A stretch of 58,330 nt of DNA from Thermoanaerobaculia bacterium. Its GTDB lineage: Bacteria; Acidobacteriota; Thermoanaerobaculia; Gp7-AA8. The first letter of the stretch is position 1. Each line of letters opens with the position of its first letter. The notes beneath the pieces are model-generated. The model had not been told where the DNA came from. It searched no databases and was given only the letters and a program-made list of their open reading frames with translations. The position numbers and the translations under genes were made by a program. Shown one piece after another: positions 36,615 through 45,700 of the stretch. The stretch lies in NCBI GenBank assembly GCA_036003305.1, contig DASYSN010000021.1, positions 1 to 58,330 of the forward strand. The letters are read 5' to 3'.

Positions 36615-38114
36615 CTACGGAATGATCAGGCGGATCACGACGCGGCGATTCCGCAGACGTCCTTCCGCAGTGTTGTTGTCGCCGACCGGTTCACGAGCGT
36701 CGCGGCCTTCGACGGTGATGCGCGACGGATCGATGCCGTGGCGGCTGACGAGGTAGTCGCGGACCGCTTCAGCGCGGCGGCGATCGAGATCCTGGTTCGG
36801 ACCGGTGTTCTCCTTGTCGTCGGTGTACCCGATGACGATCGCGGTCGACGTCGGCTCGTTCTTCATACGGAGCGCCACGTCGTCGAGGATCGCCTTCGCG
36901 ATGTTCGTCAGACGCGCGGAGCCGGACTCGAAGTGAATCTCATCGGTACGCAGCTCGGTCGGCTGGTGCGGCGGAGCAACCGGCGGCGGCTCAGGCGGCG
37001 GCACAGGAGCCGCGACCGGAGGAGGAGGCGGAGGCGGAGGAACGACGACAGGAGGAGGAGGCGGAGGCGGAGGCGCCGCGATGTGCATCGGCGCGAACGT
37101 GAGGCCGGCGAGACCGGCGAGACCGCAGTCGGAAAGCTCGGTGACCTTGCACTCGCTGCTGTCGTGGCTGAACTTCGCCGCGTTCCAGCGGGCGCCGAGG
37201 TTGATGGCCCAGCCGCTGCTTCCGAACCAGTGACGAATACCGGTCACGAGGAAAACAGGCGACTTCGGCGTGAAATCGCCGCCGTTATAGAAGCGGCCAT
37301 TCGCCTCGGTGATCCAGTTGGTGGTGCGCCACCAGCCGAGCGGATGGTTCCAACCGACGTCGATGCCGGCGACGTTCGAATTCGAGATCTTCGCGCCGTT
37401 GAAGTTGCTGTTGCTGGCGCTGCGGTCGCCGACGATCGTGTACGTCCCGGCCAAGGTGAACTGGCCGGAGGTCCAATGGAGACCGCCGCCGAAATTCGCG
37501 CTGCCGGTGGTGATGCCGCTGTTCTTGTCGCCGGTCGGGAGATCGGCGAACAGCGAGAGCGCGAAGCGGGACGACGCCATCGGGTCGGTCAGACCGAACT
37601 TCGTGGCGAGGCGGACATCGCCCATGCCGCTGTCGCTGAACCGGCCGCGATAGAGATAGCCGTTCACGAAGCCGACGCGGTCGCCGCCGTTGTTCTTGAT
37701 GCGGTCCCACGGCGCCATCACCGACACTTCCCAGCGGTCGGTCACGCCGTAGCCGAGCGACGCGGAGAGCCGCGTGAGGCTGTAGCTCATGACGTCGCGC
37801 GAGCGGGCGCCGATGATCTGCAGCGAATCGGGAGCTTCTGCCGCTTCGAGGCGGTAACCCTGGTAATAAATGCCGAACGACATGTCGCCGCGGTGCAGCG
37901 TGTCGGCGGTGACCGTCTCAAACAGGCCCGTTTGACCGCTGCTCGACGGCGCGACCAGATGCAACTGGTCATCGTGAGAGATGTCCATCGTCGTCGACGT
38001 GGTCATCGTCGTTCCGGTCTGCGCGAACGCCACCGGTACTGCAAAGCACAACAAGAGAATGGGGAATAAGAGTCGATGCCTGAGACGCAACAAATCACAC
38101 CTCCTGAAAATCAC
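36615..38114 (-). CDS. OmpA-family outer membrane protein (barrel, poly-Pro linker, OmpA_C domain)
   Basis: 499 aa with a signal peptide ending AFAQ. A poly-Pro linker APPPPPPPPVVVPPPPPPPP precedes the OmpA_C motifs GYTDDKENTGPNQDLDRRRAEAV and NRRVVI. Confidence 0.85.
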   Translation of the reverse strand: MIFRRCDLLRLRHRLLFPILLLCFAVPVAFAQTGTTMTTSTTMDISHDDQLHLVAPSSSGQTGLFETVTADTLHRGDMSFGIYYQGYRLEAAEAPDSLQIIGARSRDVMSYSLTRLSASLGYGVTDRWEVSVMAPWDRIKNNGGDRVGFVNGYLYRGRFSDSGMGDVRLATKFGLTDPMASSRFALSLFADLPTGDKNSGITTGSANFGGGLHWTSGQFTLAGTYTIVGDRSASNSNFNGAKISNSNVAGIDVGWNHPLGWWRTTNWITEANGRFYNGGDFTPKSPVFLVTGIRHWFGSSGWAINLGARWNAAKFSHDSSECKVTELSDCGLAGLAGLTFAPMHIAAPPPPPPPPVVVPPPPPPPPVAAPVPPPEPPPVAPPHQPTELRTDEIHFESGSARLTNIAKAILDDVALRMKNEPTSTAIVIGYTDDKENTGPNQDLDRRRAEAVRDYLVSRHGIDPSRITVEGRDAREPVGDNNTAEGRLRNRRVVIRLIIP

Positions 38115-38272
38115 ACGGTCATCATCCGCAAAACTATAATGGCCGCGCGTTACAAATCATGTGCCAGAACAGGTCGACAAACGTTTCCCTAAACACTTCA
38201 GGGCCAAAAGCTTACCATAGCTGAGCAGGCCATCTGCGGTAAGCATCACACACGACAGGACGGACCAACCGC

Positions 38273-39655
38273 ATGCGATTTCGTCTCGCTCTCGCTCTCT
38301 CCGCCGCTGTAATCGTGTCTGCTCAGGCGTTTCCGCAGACGCAAACACAACCCGTACCACAGCCACAAGTCGTCCCGGCCCCGCAACCGGAGCCGGTGCC
38401 GCCACCGGCACCTCCGCCTCCCGAGCAAACGCCGGTTCCGGCGCCGCAGCCGGTGGTCGAACCGCCGCCGCCCGCACCCGCACCGGTGCCTGCGCCTCCG
38501 CCAACGACCGAGCCGGCGACGCTGTCGCGCGCGGCGAGCGGCGCCTACGATCGGCGCGACTCTCTGCCTGCGGTCAACGTCTACCTTCCCGAAGGACAGG
38601 CGAGCATCCGGCTCCGCAAGTTGATCAAGAACGTCCTGTTCGAATCGCAGATCGACTACCGGTTCGTGAACGGCGCGATCTCGACGTTCCTTCGTTACAA
38701 GTACTACGCGACGAATTTCACCTACCGTCTCGGCATCTTCGACCAGATCGATTTCCGCCGCACCTCGGGCGACTTCGAGCGCGTCCGCGGCGGCTTGCTG
38801 CTCTTCGAGCTCCCGCGCGACTACGACAACCGCTACTACTGGCTCGTCCAGGACGACCGGCTCACGTTCGGCAACGTCGAGAATCCCGACAACCGGAAGA
38901 ACAACATTTACACGAAGGTCGGCTATCAGTTCGGCACGCAGTTCGACGAGCGGATGAACTCGATCGTCGGCGAATCGCGCGGCCGCATCGTCCCGGTCCT
39001 CACCGCCTTCCGCGACCTCGGACCGCAGAAGTTCAGCTTCGCCGCCGCGGTCACGGAGTCCGCGCGCGTCGGCACCGGCGACTATCGCTACACGAAGGTC
39101 GAAGCGGAAGCGCTGAAGCGCTTCGATCCCACCGCCACGACGTTCTTCGTTTCACGCCTGCACCTTGGCTTCTTCCCGACGAAAGGCCGCGTGAGTCCGC
39201 CGCCCGTCCCGACCGATCTGGACGGCGACGGCGTCATCGATCCCGTTCCGGCCTACGCTTTCTTCACCGTGCCGCAATATGAGCTGTTCGGGCTGGGAGG
39301 ACGAGAAGCGCTCCAATCGATCAAGGACGACGTCAATACCGAGGGGACCCACGAGGTCCACGAAACGAACGAGTACTTCGTCCCGATCTTCCGGAACCGC
39401 GACTTCAACACTTTTGGCGCGCACTGGAACACCGTGTACGGGGTCGCGTACGCCGGTGCCGGCAGCGTCGGCTTCGACTATCGCTCGGTCGGCAAGGCGA
39501 ACAACACCGTCGTCGACGCCGGCCTCGGCTTCGAGTCAGCCGTCACCGTCCGCGAGTACGACGTCATCCTGAACGTTCTCTACGCGCACACGGTGCACGC
39601 GCCGGACGGACTGAAAGGCGGGACGTTCCGGTTCTACATCCGTACGAGCCGGTAG
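38273..39655 (+). CDS. Outer-membrane beta-barrel protein (Omp85/surface-antigen-like C-terminus) with a Pro-rich N-terminal region
   Basis: 460 aa with a signal peptide and a roughly 70-aa Pro/Gln/Val-rich stretch. An alternating beta-strand pattern ends in ...GGTFRFYIRTSR. Confidence 0.7.
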   Translation: MRFRLALALSAAVIVSAQAFPQTQTQPVPQPQVVPAPQPEPVPPPAPPPPEQTPVPAPQPVVEPPPPAPAPVPAPPPTTEPATLSRAASGAYDRRDSLPAVNVYLPEGQASIRLRKLIKNVLFESQIDYRFVNGAISTFLRYKYYATNFTYRLGIFDQIDFRRTSGDFERVRGGLLLFELPRDYDNRYYWLVQDDRLTFGNVENPDNRKNNIYTKVGYQFGTQFDERMNSIVGESRGRIVPVLTAFRDLGPQKFSFAAAVTESARVGTGDYRYTKVEAEALKRFDPTATTFFVSRLHLGFFPTKGRVSPPPVPTDLDGDGVIDPVPAYAFFTVPQYELFGLGGREALQSIKDDVNTEGTHEVHETNEYFVPIFRNRDFNTFGAHWNTVYGVAYAGAGSVGFDYRSVGKANNTVVDAGLGFESAVTVREYDVILNVLYAHTVHAPDGLKGGTFRFYIRTSR

Positions 39656-39658
39656 TCC

Positions 39659-39694
39659 AAAAAAATGGAGCGCAGACATTGCTGTCTGCGCTCC
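39659..39694 (-). terminator. Rho-independent terminator of the BON-domain gene
   Basis: A 12-bp stem GGAGCGCAGACA / TGTCTGCGCTCC with loop TTGC is followed on the minus strand by a U7 tract (A7 at 39659-39665). Confidence 0.65.
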
Positions 39695-39728
39695 GTGCCC
39701 CGATGAATGTGTGTAGGAGAGTGACGAC

Positions 39729-40217
39729 TCAGAAACGCTGCAGGTCCGACTGGACCGACCTCACGCCGTCGACATTCCGGACTACTTCCAGCGCGAAGTC
39801 CTTTTGCAGTTCGTGCTGCACCGTCCCGGTCATGTGGACGGCGCCATCCTGTGAATTGATTTTGATGTTGCAGCCGTCGAGTCCGCGCGAGAACGCGAGC
39901 TGACGTTCGATGTTCCGTTCGATCGCCGCGTCATCGACGGCCTTGTCGATGCGAACGAGGTTCGCGACGCGGGCATAGCCGAGCGTCTTTGCATAGGCGG
40001 CGACTGCCTGGGCCTGCGCCGGATCGATCGTGTTGCCGCGGAGAACCAGGATTCCGCCGACGTCGATCGCCCGAAGACCCGCGACCACGACGCCGCTGTT
40101 AGCGAATAGCGAGGTGACGTCTTTCGTGTCCGGCTGAACAGCCCAGGCCGCCGGAGCGATTAGGACCGCCGCGAAGATTGCGGCGATCAGTTGAGTTCGG
40201 ATCTTCTCGTGTCTCAT
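39729..40217 (-). CDS. BON domain-containing periplasmic protein
   Basis: The protein begins MRHEKIRTQLIAAIFAAVLIAPAAWA (signal peptide). The C-terminal BON pattern is INSQDGAVHMTGTVQHELQKDFALEVVRNVDGVRSV. A GTG at 40232 is an alternative start. Confidence 0.8.
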   Translation of the reverse strand: MRHEKIRTQLIAAIFAAVLIAPAAWAVQPDTKDVTSLFANSGVVVAGLRAIDVGGILVLRGNTIDPAQAQAVAAYAKTLGYARVANLVRIDKAVDDAAIERNIERQLAFSRGLDGCNIKINSQDGAVHMTGTVQHELQKDFALEVVRNVDGVRSVQSDLQRF

Positions 40218-40288
40218 TTTATTTGCACCCACGTACTTGTATAGAGCATCGCGCGTGCCAGCACTTGGAATATCCGAAACTCAATGAT

Positions 40289-40540
40289 TTAGCCCAGTCC
40301 CGGCGTAATTTTTTCGCCTGCGGTCAGTGATACGGTGGTTAGATCGCGGGCGTTGGGGCTCTCCGCGTGGTGGAGATGCACCTGCCACACGAGCAGGAGG
40401 GCGAGCGCGACCACGAGGGCCATTCCGAAGATCGCTCCGACACGTCGCGCCACGCCAGGCGAACGCAGCAAAGAGCCGGCCAGCAGCCGGTAAAATGGGT
40501 TGATGCCCGCCGTCCGTGTCCTCGCCTCCGAGCTGATCAA
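40289..40540 (-). CDS. Possible small membrane protein
   Basis: 83-aa ORF with one hydrophobic helix (AIFGMALVVALALLLVW) and high third-position GC. Its 5' end overlaps the divergent mutL start, so the real start, if any, may be internal. Confidence 0.3.
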   Translation of the reverse strand: MISSEARTRTAGINPFYRLLAGSLLRSPGVARRVGAIFGMALVVALALLLVWQVHLHHAESPNARDLTTVSLTAGEKITPGLG

Positions 40541-42269
40541 TCAGATTGCGGCGGGCGAGGTCGTCGAACGTCCCGCGTCCGTCGTGAAGGAGCTGGTCGA
40601 GAACGCGATCGACGCCGGCGCCCGAACGATCGACGTCATCCTCGAAGCCGGCGGCAAGAAATTGATTGAAGTCCGCGACGACGGCAGCGGCATGTCCGCC
40701 GAGGATGCCGGCCTCGCCATCGAGCGCCACGCAACGTCGAAAATCCGCGACTTCGACGACCTGACGCGCGTCCGCACCCTCGGATTCCGCGGCGAGGCGC
40801 TCCCCTCGATCGCGAGCGTCTCCCGCTTCACGCTGACGACCTTCGACGGCGCGAGCGAGCACGCGATCGAGCTCACGATCGACCCGATGACCGGCGAGCG
40901 GACCACCCGCCCCGCCGCGCGCGACCGCGGGACGACGATCAGCGTTCGCGAGCTGTTCGAGAACGTTCCCGCCCGGCGAAAGTTCCTCCGCAGCGCCGAC
41001 GCGGAGTTCCGTGCCATCGTGACGGTCGTCTCGTCGTACGCTCTCTCGCTTCCGTCGCACGCTTTCCGGCTGGAGCACAACGGCCGCGTCGTCCTCGACC
41101 TCGCGGCGGCGCGCTCCACGCGCGAGCGCGTCGTGCAGGTCCTCGGCGCCGCGGCGGAGGAGCATCTCGAGGAATTCGGCAAGGAGATCGGCTCGGCGCG
41201 GGCGGGCGGTTTCGTGACGCGCGGGCTGCGGTTCGGCTCGCGCCGGAATCAGTTCTTCTTCGTCAACGGACGCCTCGTGAAGGATCGCGTCCTGACGCAT
41301 GCCGTCTCGCGCGCCACCGACGCGTTCGACTTCGAGGGCCATCCGGCGGTCGTCCTCTTCGTCGAGATCGAGCCCGAGATGGTCGACGTGAACGTGCATC
41401 CCGCGAAGACGGAAGTGCGCTTCCGCGAGTCGTCGCAGGTGCACGTCGCCGTCGAGCACGGGATCCGAGAAGCTCTCGGCGGCGCGGAAGAAGGCGGCGG
41501 CCTGCTGCAGCCACAAAGCGTGGCGCCGGAAATCCTGCCGGCACTCTCCTATCAGGAACCCTTCGCCGGCAGAATTGCCGGCGCCACACAAGAACCGCGT
41601 GTCGACTTCACGCCCCTCTTCCAACAACGTCCCGTCGTGCAGCCGCCGGTGCAGCAGACCGCGACCATCGTCGAGGCCGAGCCGCAGCTCGGCGACCTGC
41701 AGGGCCGCATCATCGGCCAGTACCGCCTCAGCTACATCCTGCTCGACACTCCTGGAGGATTGCGGCTCGTCGACCAGCACGTCGCGCACGAGCGCGTACT
41801 CTACGACCGCTATCTGTCGCGGATCGAAGCGCACGCGCCAGCGACGCAGCATCTCCTCGCGCCGATCCTGTACGAGCGCGGCGCCGCAGAGAGCGCGGTC
41901 CTCGAATCGCACCTCGACGAGTTGCGCGGCGTCGGCTTCGAGATCGAGCGCTTCTCCGGAAACGCGTTCGCCATCTCCGCGGTGCCGCCGGAACTGGTGC
42001 AGAAGGACGTCGACGGCTTTCTGCAGAAGCTGATCGACGCCTCGCTCGAGGAGAAATCGTCGCACGTCACCCGCGTTCGCGAGAAAGTCTGCGCCTCGCT
42101 CGCCTGTCAGGCCGCCATCAAAGTGCACCGGCCGCTCTCGGGCGAAGAGATGGCGCGCGTCGTCACGGAGCTCCTCGGATCGTCGAATCCGTTCGCCTGC
42201 CCGCACGGACGGCCGATCGTCGTCGACATCAAGCACATCGACATCGAAAGGCACTTCCATCGTCGATAA
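40500..42269 (+). CDS. mutL: DNA mismatch repair protein MutL
   Basis: The N-terminal GHKL ATPase motifs LINQIAAGEVVERPASVVKELVENAIDAGA and DDGSGM are present. The C-terminus carries ACPHGRP. Confidence 0.9.
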   Translation: MMPAVRVLASELINQIAAGEVVERPASVVKELVENAIDAGARTIDVILEAGGKKLIEVRDDGSGMSAEDAGLAIERHATSKIRDFDDLTRVRTLGFRGEALPSIASVSRFTLTTFDGASEHAIELTIDPMTGERTTRPAARDRGTTISVRELFENVPARRKFLRSADAEFRAIVTVVSSYALSLPSHAFRLEHNGRVVLDLAAARSTRERVVQVLGAAAEEHLEEFGKEIGSARAGGFVTRGLRFGSRRNQFFFVNGRLVKDRVLTHAVSRATDAFDFEGHPAVVLFVEIEPEMVDVNVHPAKTEVRFRESSQVHVAVEHGIREALGGAEEGGGLLQPQSVAPEILPALSYQEPFAGRIAGATQEPRVDFTPLFQQRPVVQPPVQQTATIVEAEPQLGDLQGRIIGQYRLSYILLDTPGGLRLVDQHVAHERVLYDRYLSRIEAHAPATQHLLAPILYERGAAESAVLESHLDELRGVGFEIERFSGNAFAISAVPPELVQKDVDGFLQKLIDASLEEKSSHVTRVREKVCASLACQAAIKVHRPLSGEEMARVVTELLGSSNPFACPHGRPIVVDIKHIDIERHFHRR

Positions 42270-42366
42270 GACGAAGCGCGTCGACCCGCGCGAGCTTGGC
42301 CGGCGCGGCGAGGAACGCGCCGCCTGGTTTTACCGCCTTCGCGGCTATCGCATCGTCGACCGCAAC

Positions 42367-42666
42367 GTGCGCTCGCGAACCGGCGAGATCGACCTGGTCG
42401 CGCGGCGCGGAAAAACGCTCGTGATCTGTGAAGTGAAAGCGCGTCAGAGCCTCGCGGGCGGGGCAGGCCACGAGTCGGTCGACCGCTCCAAACGCGAGCA
42501 GCTCATCCGCCTCGCCGACCGCTATCTGGTGCAGTTCCCGGACTTTCAGATCCGCTACGACATCCTCTCCCTCTTCTGGACCGGCCGCCGGTTCGTCGTC
42601 GAGCACTTCCCGAACGCCTTCCAGCCGGTCGCCGACCGCTCTCAGCCGTGGAAGTGGCGAGGGTAG
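42367..42666 (+). CDS. yraN: YraN family (UPF0102) endonuclease-like protein, with uncertain 5' end
   Basis: The ORF contains TGEIDLVARRGKTLVICEVKAR. YraN-like sequence LGRRGEERAAWFYRLRGYRIVDRN continues in frame upstream (from about 42290) without any ATG, GTG or TTG. Confidence 0.7.
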   Translation: MRSRTGEIDLVARRGKTLVICEVKARQSLAGGAGHESVDRSKREQLIRLADRYLVQFPDFQIRYDILSLFWTGRRFVVEHFPNAFQPVADRSQPWKWRG

Positions 42667-42729
42667 GAACTTTCCGGCGTCAGTCACTCCTACAATAGAC
42701 GACATAAAGAATTCTCCGAGGAGATCCCC

Positions 42730-45700
42730 ATGGAACGTCCGCTCGAGCTGTGTGAAGTTCTCGAAGAAGAACATCTGTCGCTGTACGGACGGAACTGGCT
42801 CGTCACCGCGGCCGACATCATCGACCCGGTCCACATCGCGGAGATCTGCAGGAAGGCGTTTCCGGCGATCGCGTGGGAACGGCTCGCCACTACGGACGAA
42901 AAGCTGCTCCGCTCCGATCGCGCTGGTGTCGCAAAGGATCTGAGCAAGGTCGTCGACGGCGACGAGAGGCTCGACCCCGACAAGCACGCCGTCGGCGACG
43001 AGACGGCGGAAGCGGCGAAACGCGCCGCCACCAGTGCGGAAGCGAATCGGCGAATCCTCGACTGCATCCTGAAGGGGTGGCTGCGAAGAGCGCAGAACTT
43101 CGGCTGGCGCTACGACCGCGACCAGATTCGCGACGCGCGCGGACTCGCCGTCGCCTTCGCCGAGGCGATGGAGTATCCCACCGCGCTCGAAACGCTGAAG
43201 CTCGAGCCCGACGATGTGCGCGAGACGTTCGCGAACGCGCTCAACGAACGTCTCGTGACCGACATCCAGGACTGGAAGAGATTCGACGGCAGAATCTCGG
43301 CGACCACCCGGCGGCTCCTCGACAACGCCCGCGGTCAGAGCCTCATGCCGTCGGACATCGAATACCTCAATCGGAAAGCGCTCGATGACCTGTTCGGCGA
43401 CTACGTCGTGAGCGGGAGTGAGGCGCGCCTCAGCAAGTACTACGAGGTCGTCCATCTCGAGGCGCAAACCAGCGCGTTGTGCTTCTCGGGCGGCGGGATT
43501 CGGAGCGCCACGTTCGGACTCGGCCTCCTCCAAGGACTCTCGCGCCGCAACGTCCTCGGAAAGGTCGACTTCGTTTCGACCGTGTCCGGCGGCGGGTACA
43601 TCGGAAGCTGGCTCTCGTCGTGGATCCGGCGCCATCCGGAGAGCGTCCGAGGAGTATCGGACGAGATGGCGAGTATTCCGGATCATCCACTCCAGCCCGA
43701 TCCGGCGCCGGTGCGCCATCTCCGCGAGTACAGCAACTACCTCACGCCGCGTCTCGGCCTGATGTCGGGCGACACGTGGACGCTCATCGCGACCTACGTC
43801 CGAAATCTCCTCCTCAACTGGACGATCCTTCTGCCGCTGCTCGTCGCGGCGCTGGCATTGCCGCGCGTCGTCGCGGCCATCTACTTCCAGCCGACGACGT
43901 CGCGCGAGGACGCCATCATCCTATGGGGTGGTCTTGCGTTCCTGGCGTACGGTCTCCTGTACCTCGGCTGGATGCGGCCAACCGACAACCGCTATCGCGA
44001 GCGCGGGCGCGGAGGCTCCGACGCGAGTTTCCGGACTCGATTCGTCCTGCCCGTCACGTTCGGCGCGGTGCTTCTGACGGCCGCGTGGGTCACCTGGGCG
44101 TCGGGACAACCGGAAGCAACCTGGAAAACGCTCCCGAAGCAATTCGTCTGGGTCATGCTCGGCGGACCACTCGTCGTCTGGGCGATTCATTCGATCAAGT
44201 ACGTCCGGGCCGATGCCGCGGAGCGCCGCGAGAGCGTGGTGCAGAAGATCCGCAGCTCGCATCCGACGCTCCGAAAGATCGTGGGAGAGCTCGTCGCCTC
44301 ATTGGTTGCCGGCAGCTTATCCCTGGCGCTCACCGAAGCGCTGGCTCTCGGAGTGTTCGCCGCGCCGAACGCGACGTCCATCGTCTCCGCCGCCGGCGGC
44401 AACGACGCCGGCTTCGTGAAAGCGGCGCTCTATCTCTGCCTCGCCGTGCCGATGTTCATGGCGAGCTTCTACGTCTCGGCGGCCGTTTTCGTCGGCGTTT
44501 CGAGCCTCGTCAACGAAGACTACGACCGCGAGTGGTGGGCGCGCAGCAGCGGGTGGGTCCTCTTCATGATCTGCGCGTGGACGGTGGTCTTCGGGATCGT
44601 CGTCTTCGGACCGATGCTGATCCTTGCCGCGCCGAAGATCGTCGCCGCGGTCGGCGGAGTTTCGGGAATCGCGGCGGTCGCACTCGGCCGCAGCAGCAAG
44701 ACGTCGGCGAAACACGAAAAGACCACCGGGACCGACTACGTGGCGCGCCTGATCGCGCCCTGCGTCATCGTCCTGATCTGCGCGGGCGTGTCGCTCCTCA
44801 CGGACTGGATCATCGCAAGCTGCCAATCCGGCTACGCCTCGTTCGTTCCGTTGACCAACGAATGGACCAAAACCACGATCCTGTTCTTCAATCACCTCAA
44901 CGTCATCTACTCGACGAACGTGCTGTGGGCGTACGCGCTCCTCGTCATCCCGGTGCTGATCGCGAGCGCCGCTTCCTACGTCATCAACGTCAACAAATTC
45001 TCGATGCACGCGATGTATCGCAACCGGTTGATCCGCGCATACCTCGGCGCTTCCCGAACCACGCGCGATCCCAACCCGTTCACCGGCTTCGATCCGAACG
45101 ACAACCTCTCGTGCGACAGCCTTCGCCCCGAGCTGCTCTGGGCGTCCAGCTTCAAGGATTTCGATTCGTTCGTGGAAGCCCTCCGCAATCCACGCGAGAA
45201 GAAGGCCGACGGCACGCCTGCGATGGACCGCGCACTGGCGCGCGCGATGGAACGAACGCTTGGCTACGACGTGCTGAGCAAGGACCTGAGTCGCGAGGCC
45301 CTCGTCGCGGCGGTCTTCCAGGTGCTCAACTGCATCCTCAAGGATGAGGACCTCACGCGACTGACCGTCCCGCAACAGCTCGCGTCGCGCCCGCGCAAGA
45401 GTGCGTGGCGGATCTTTGCCGACGCGCTGGCAGGCCACGAGCTCGACGCCGACAGGCTGCGCCGCAATCGCCGCATTCTCGAGGCGGAGTATCCGGCGCA
45501 GATCTATCCATTCGACGCTCCGCTCCTCTCCGCCGCCGACATCGTGAGCGCCGAGGCGTTGCGCGAGGCGCTCGGTACCGAGCACGGCAAACTGCTCGTG
45601 GCGAAGTTTCATGATCCCACTCTGCCTGACAGACTGCACATCACCGACTCGCTGGTACGAAGCGCGGTCGAGGCGACGGTCAGCGAATTGAACTACCTGA

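Noticed and set aside
40281-42260. A 659-aa minus-strand ORF antisense to mutL
   Set aside because: It is a typical high-GC shadow ORF (Arg/Asp/Ala/Gly-rich, no motifs) opposite a gene with unambiguous MutL motifs.
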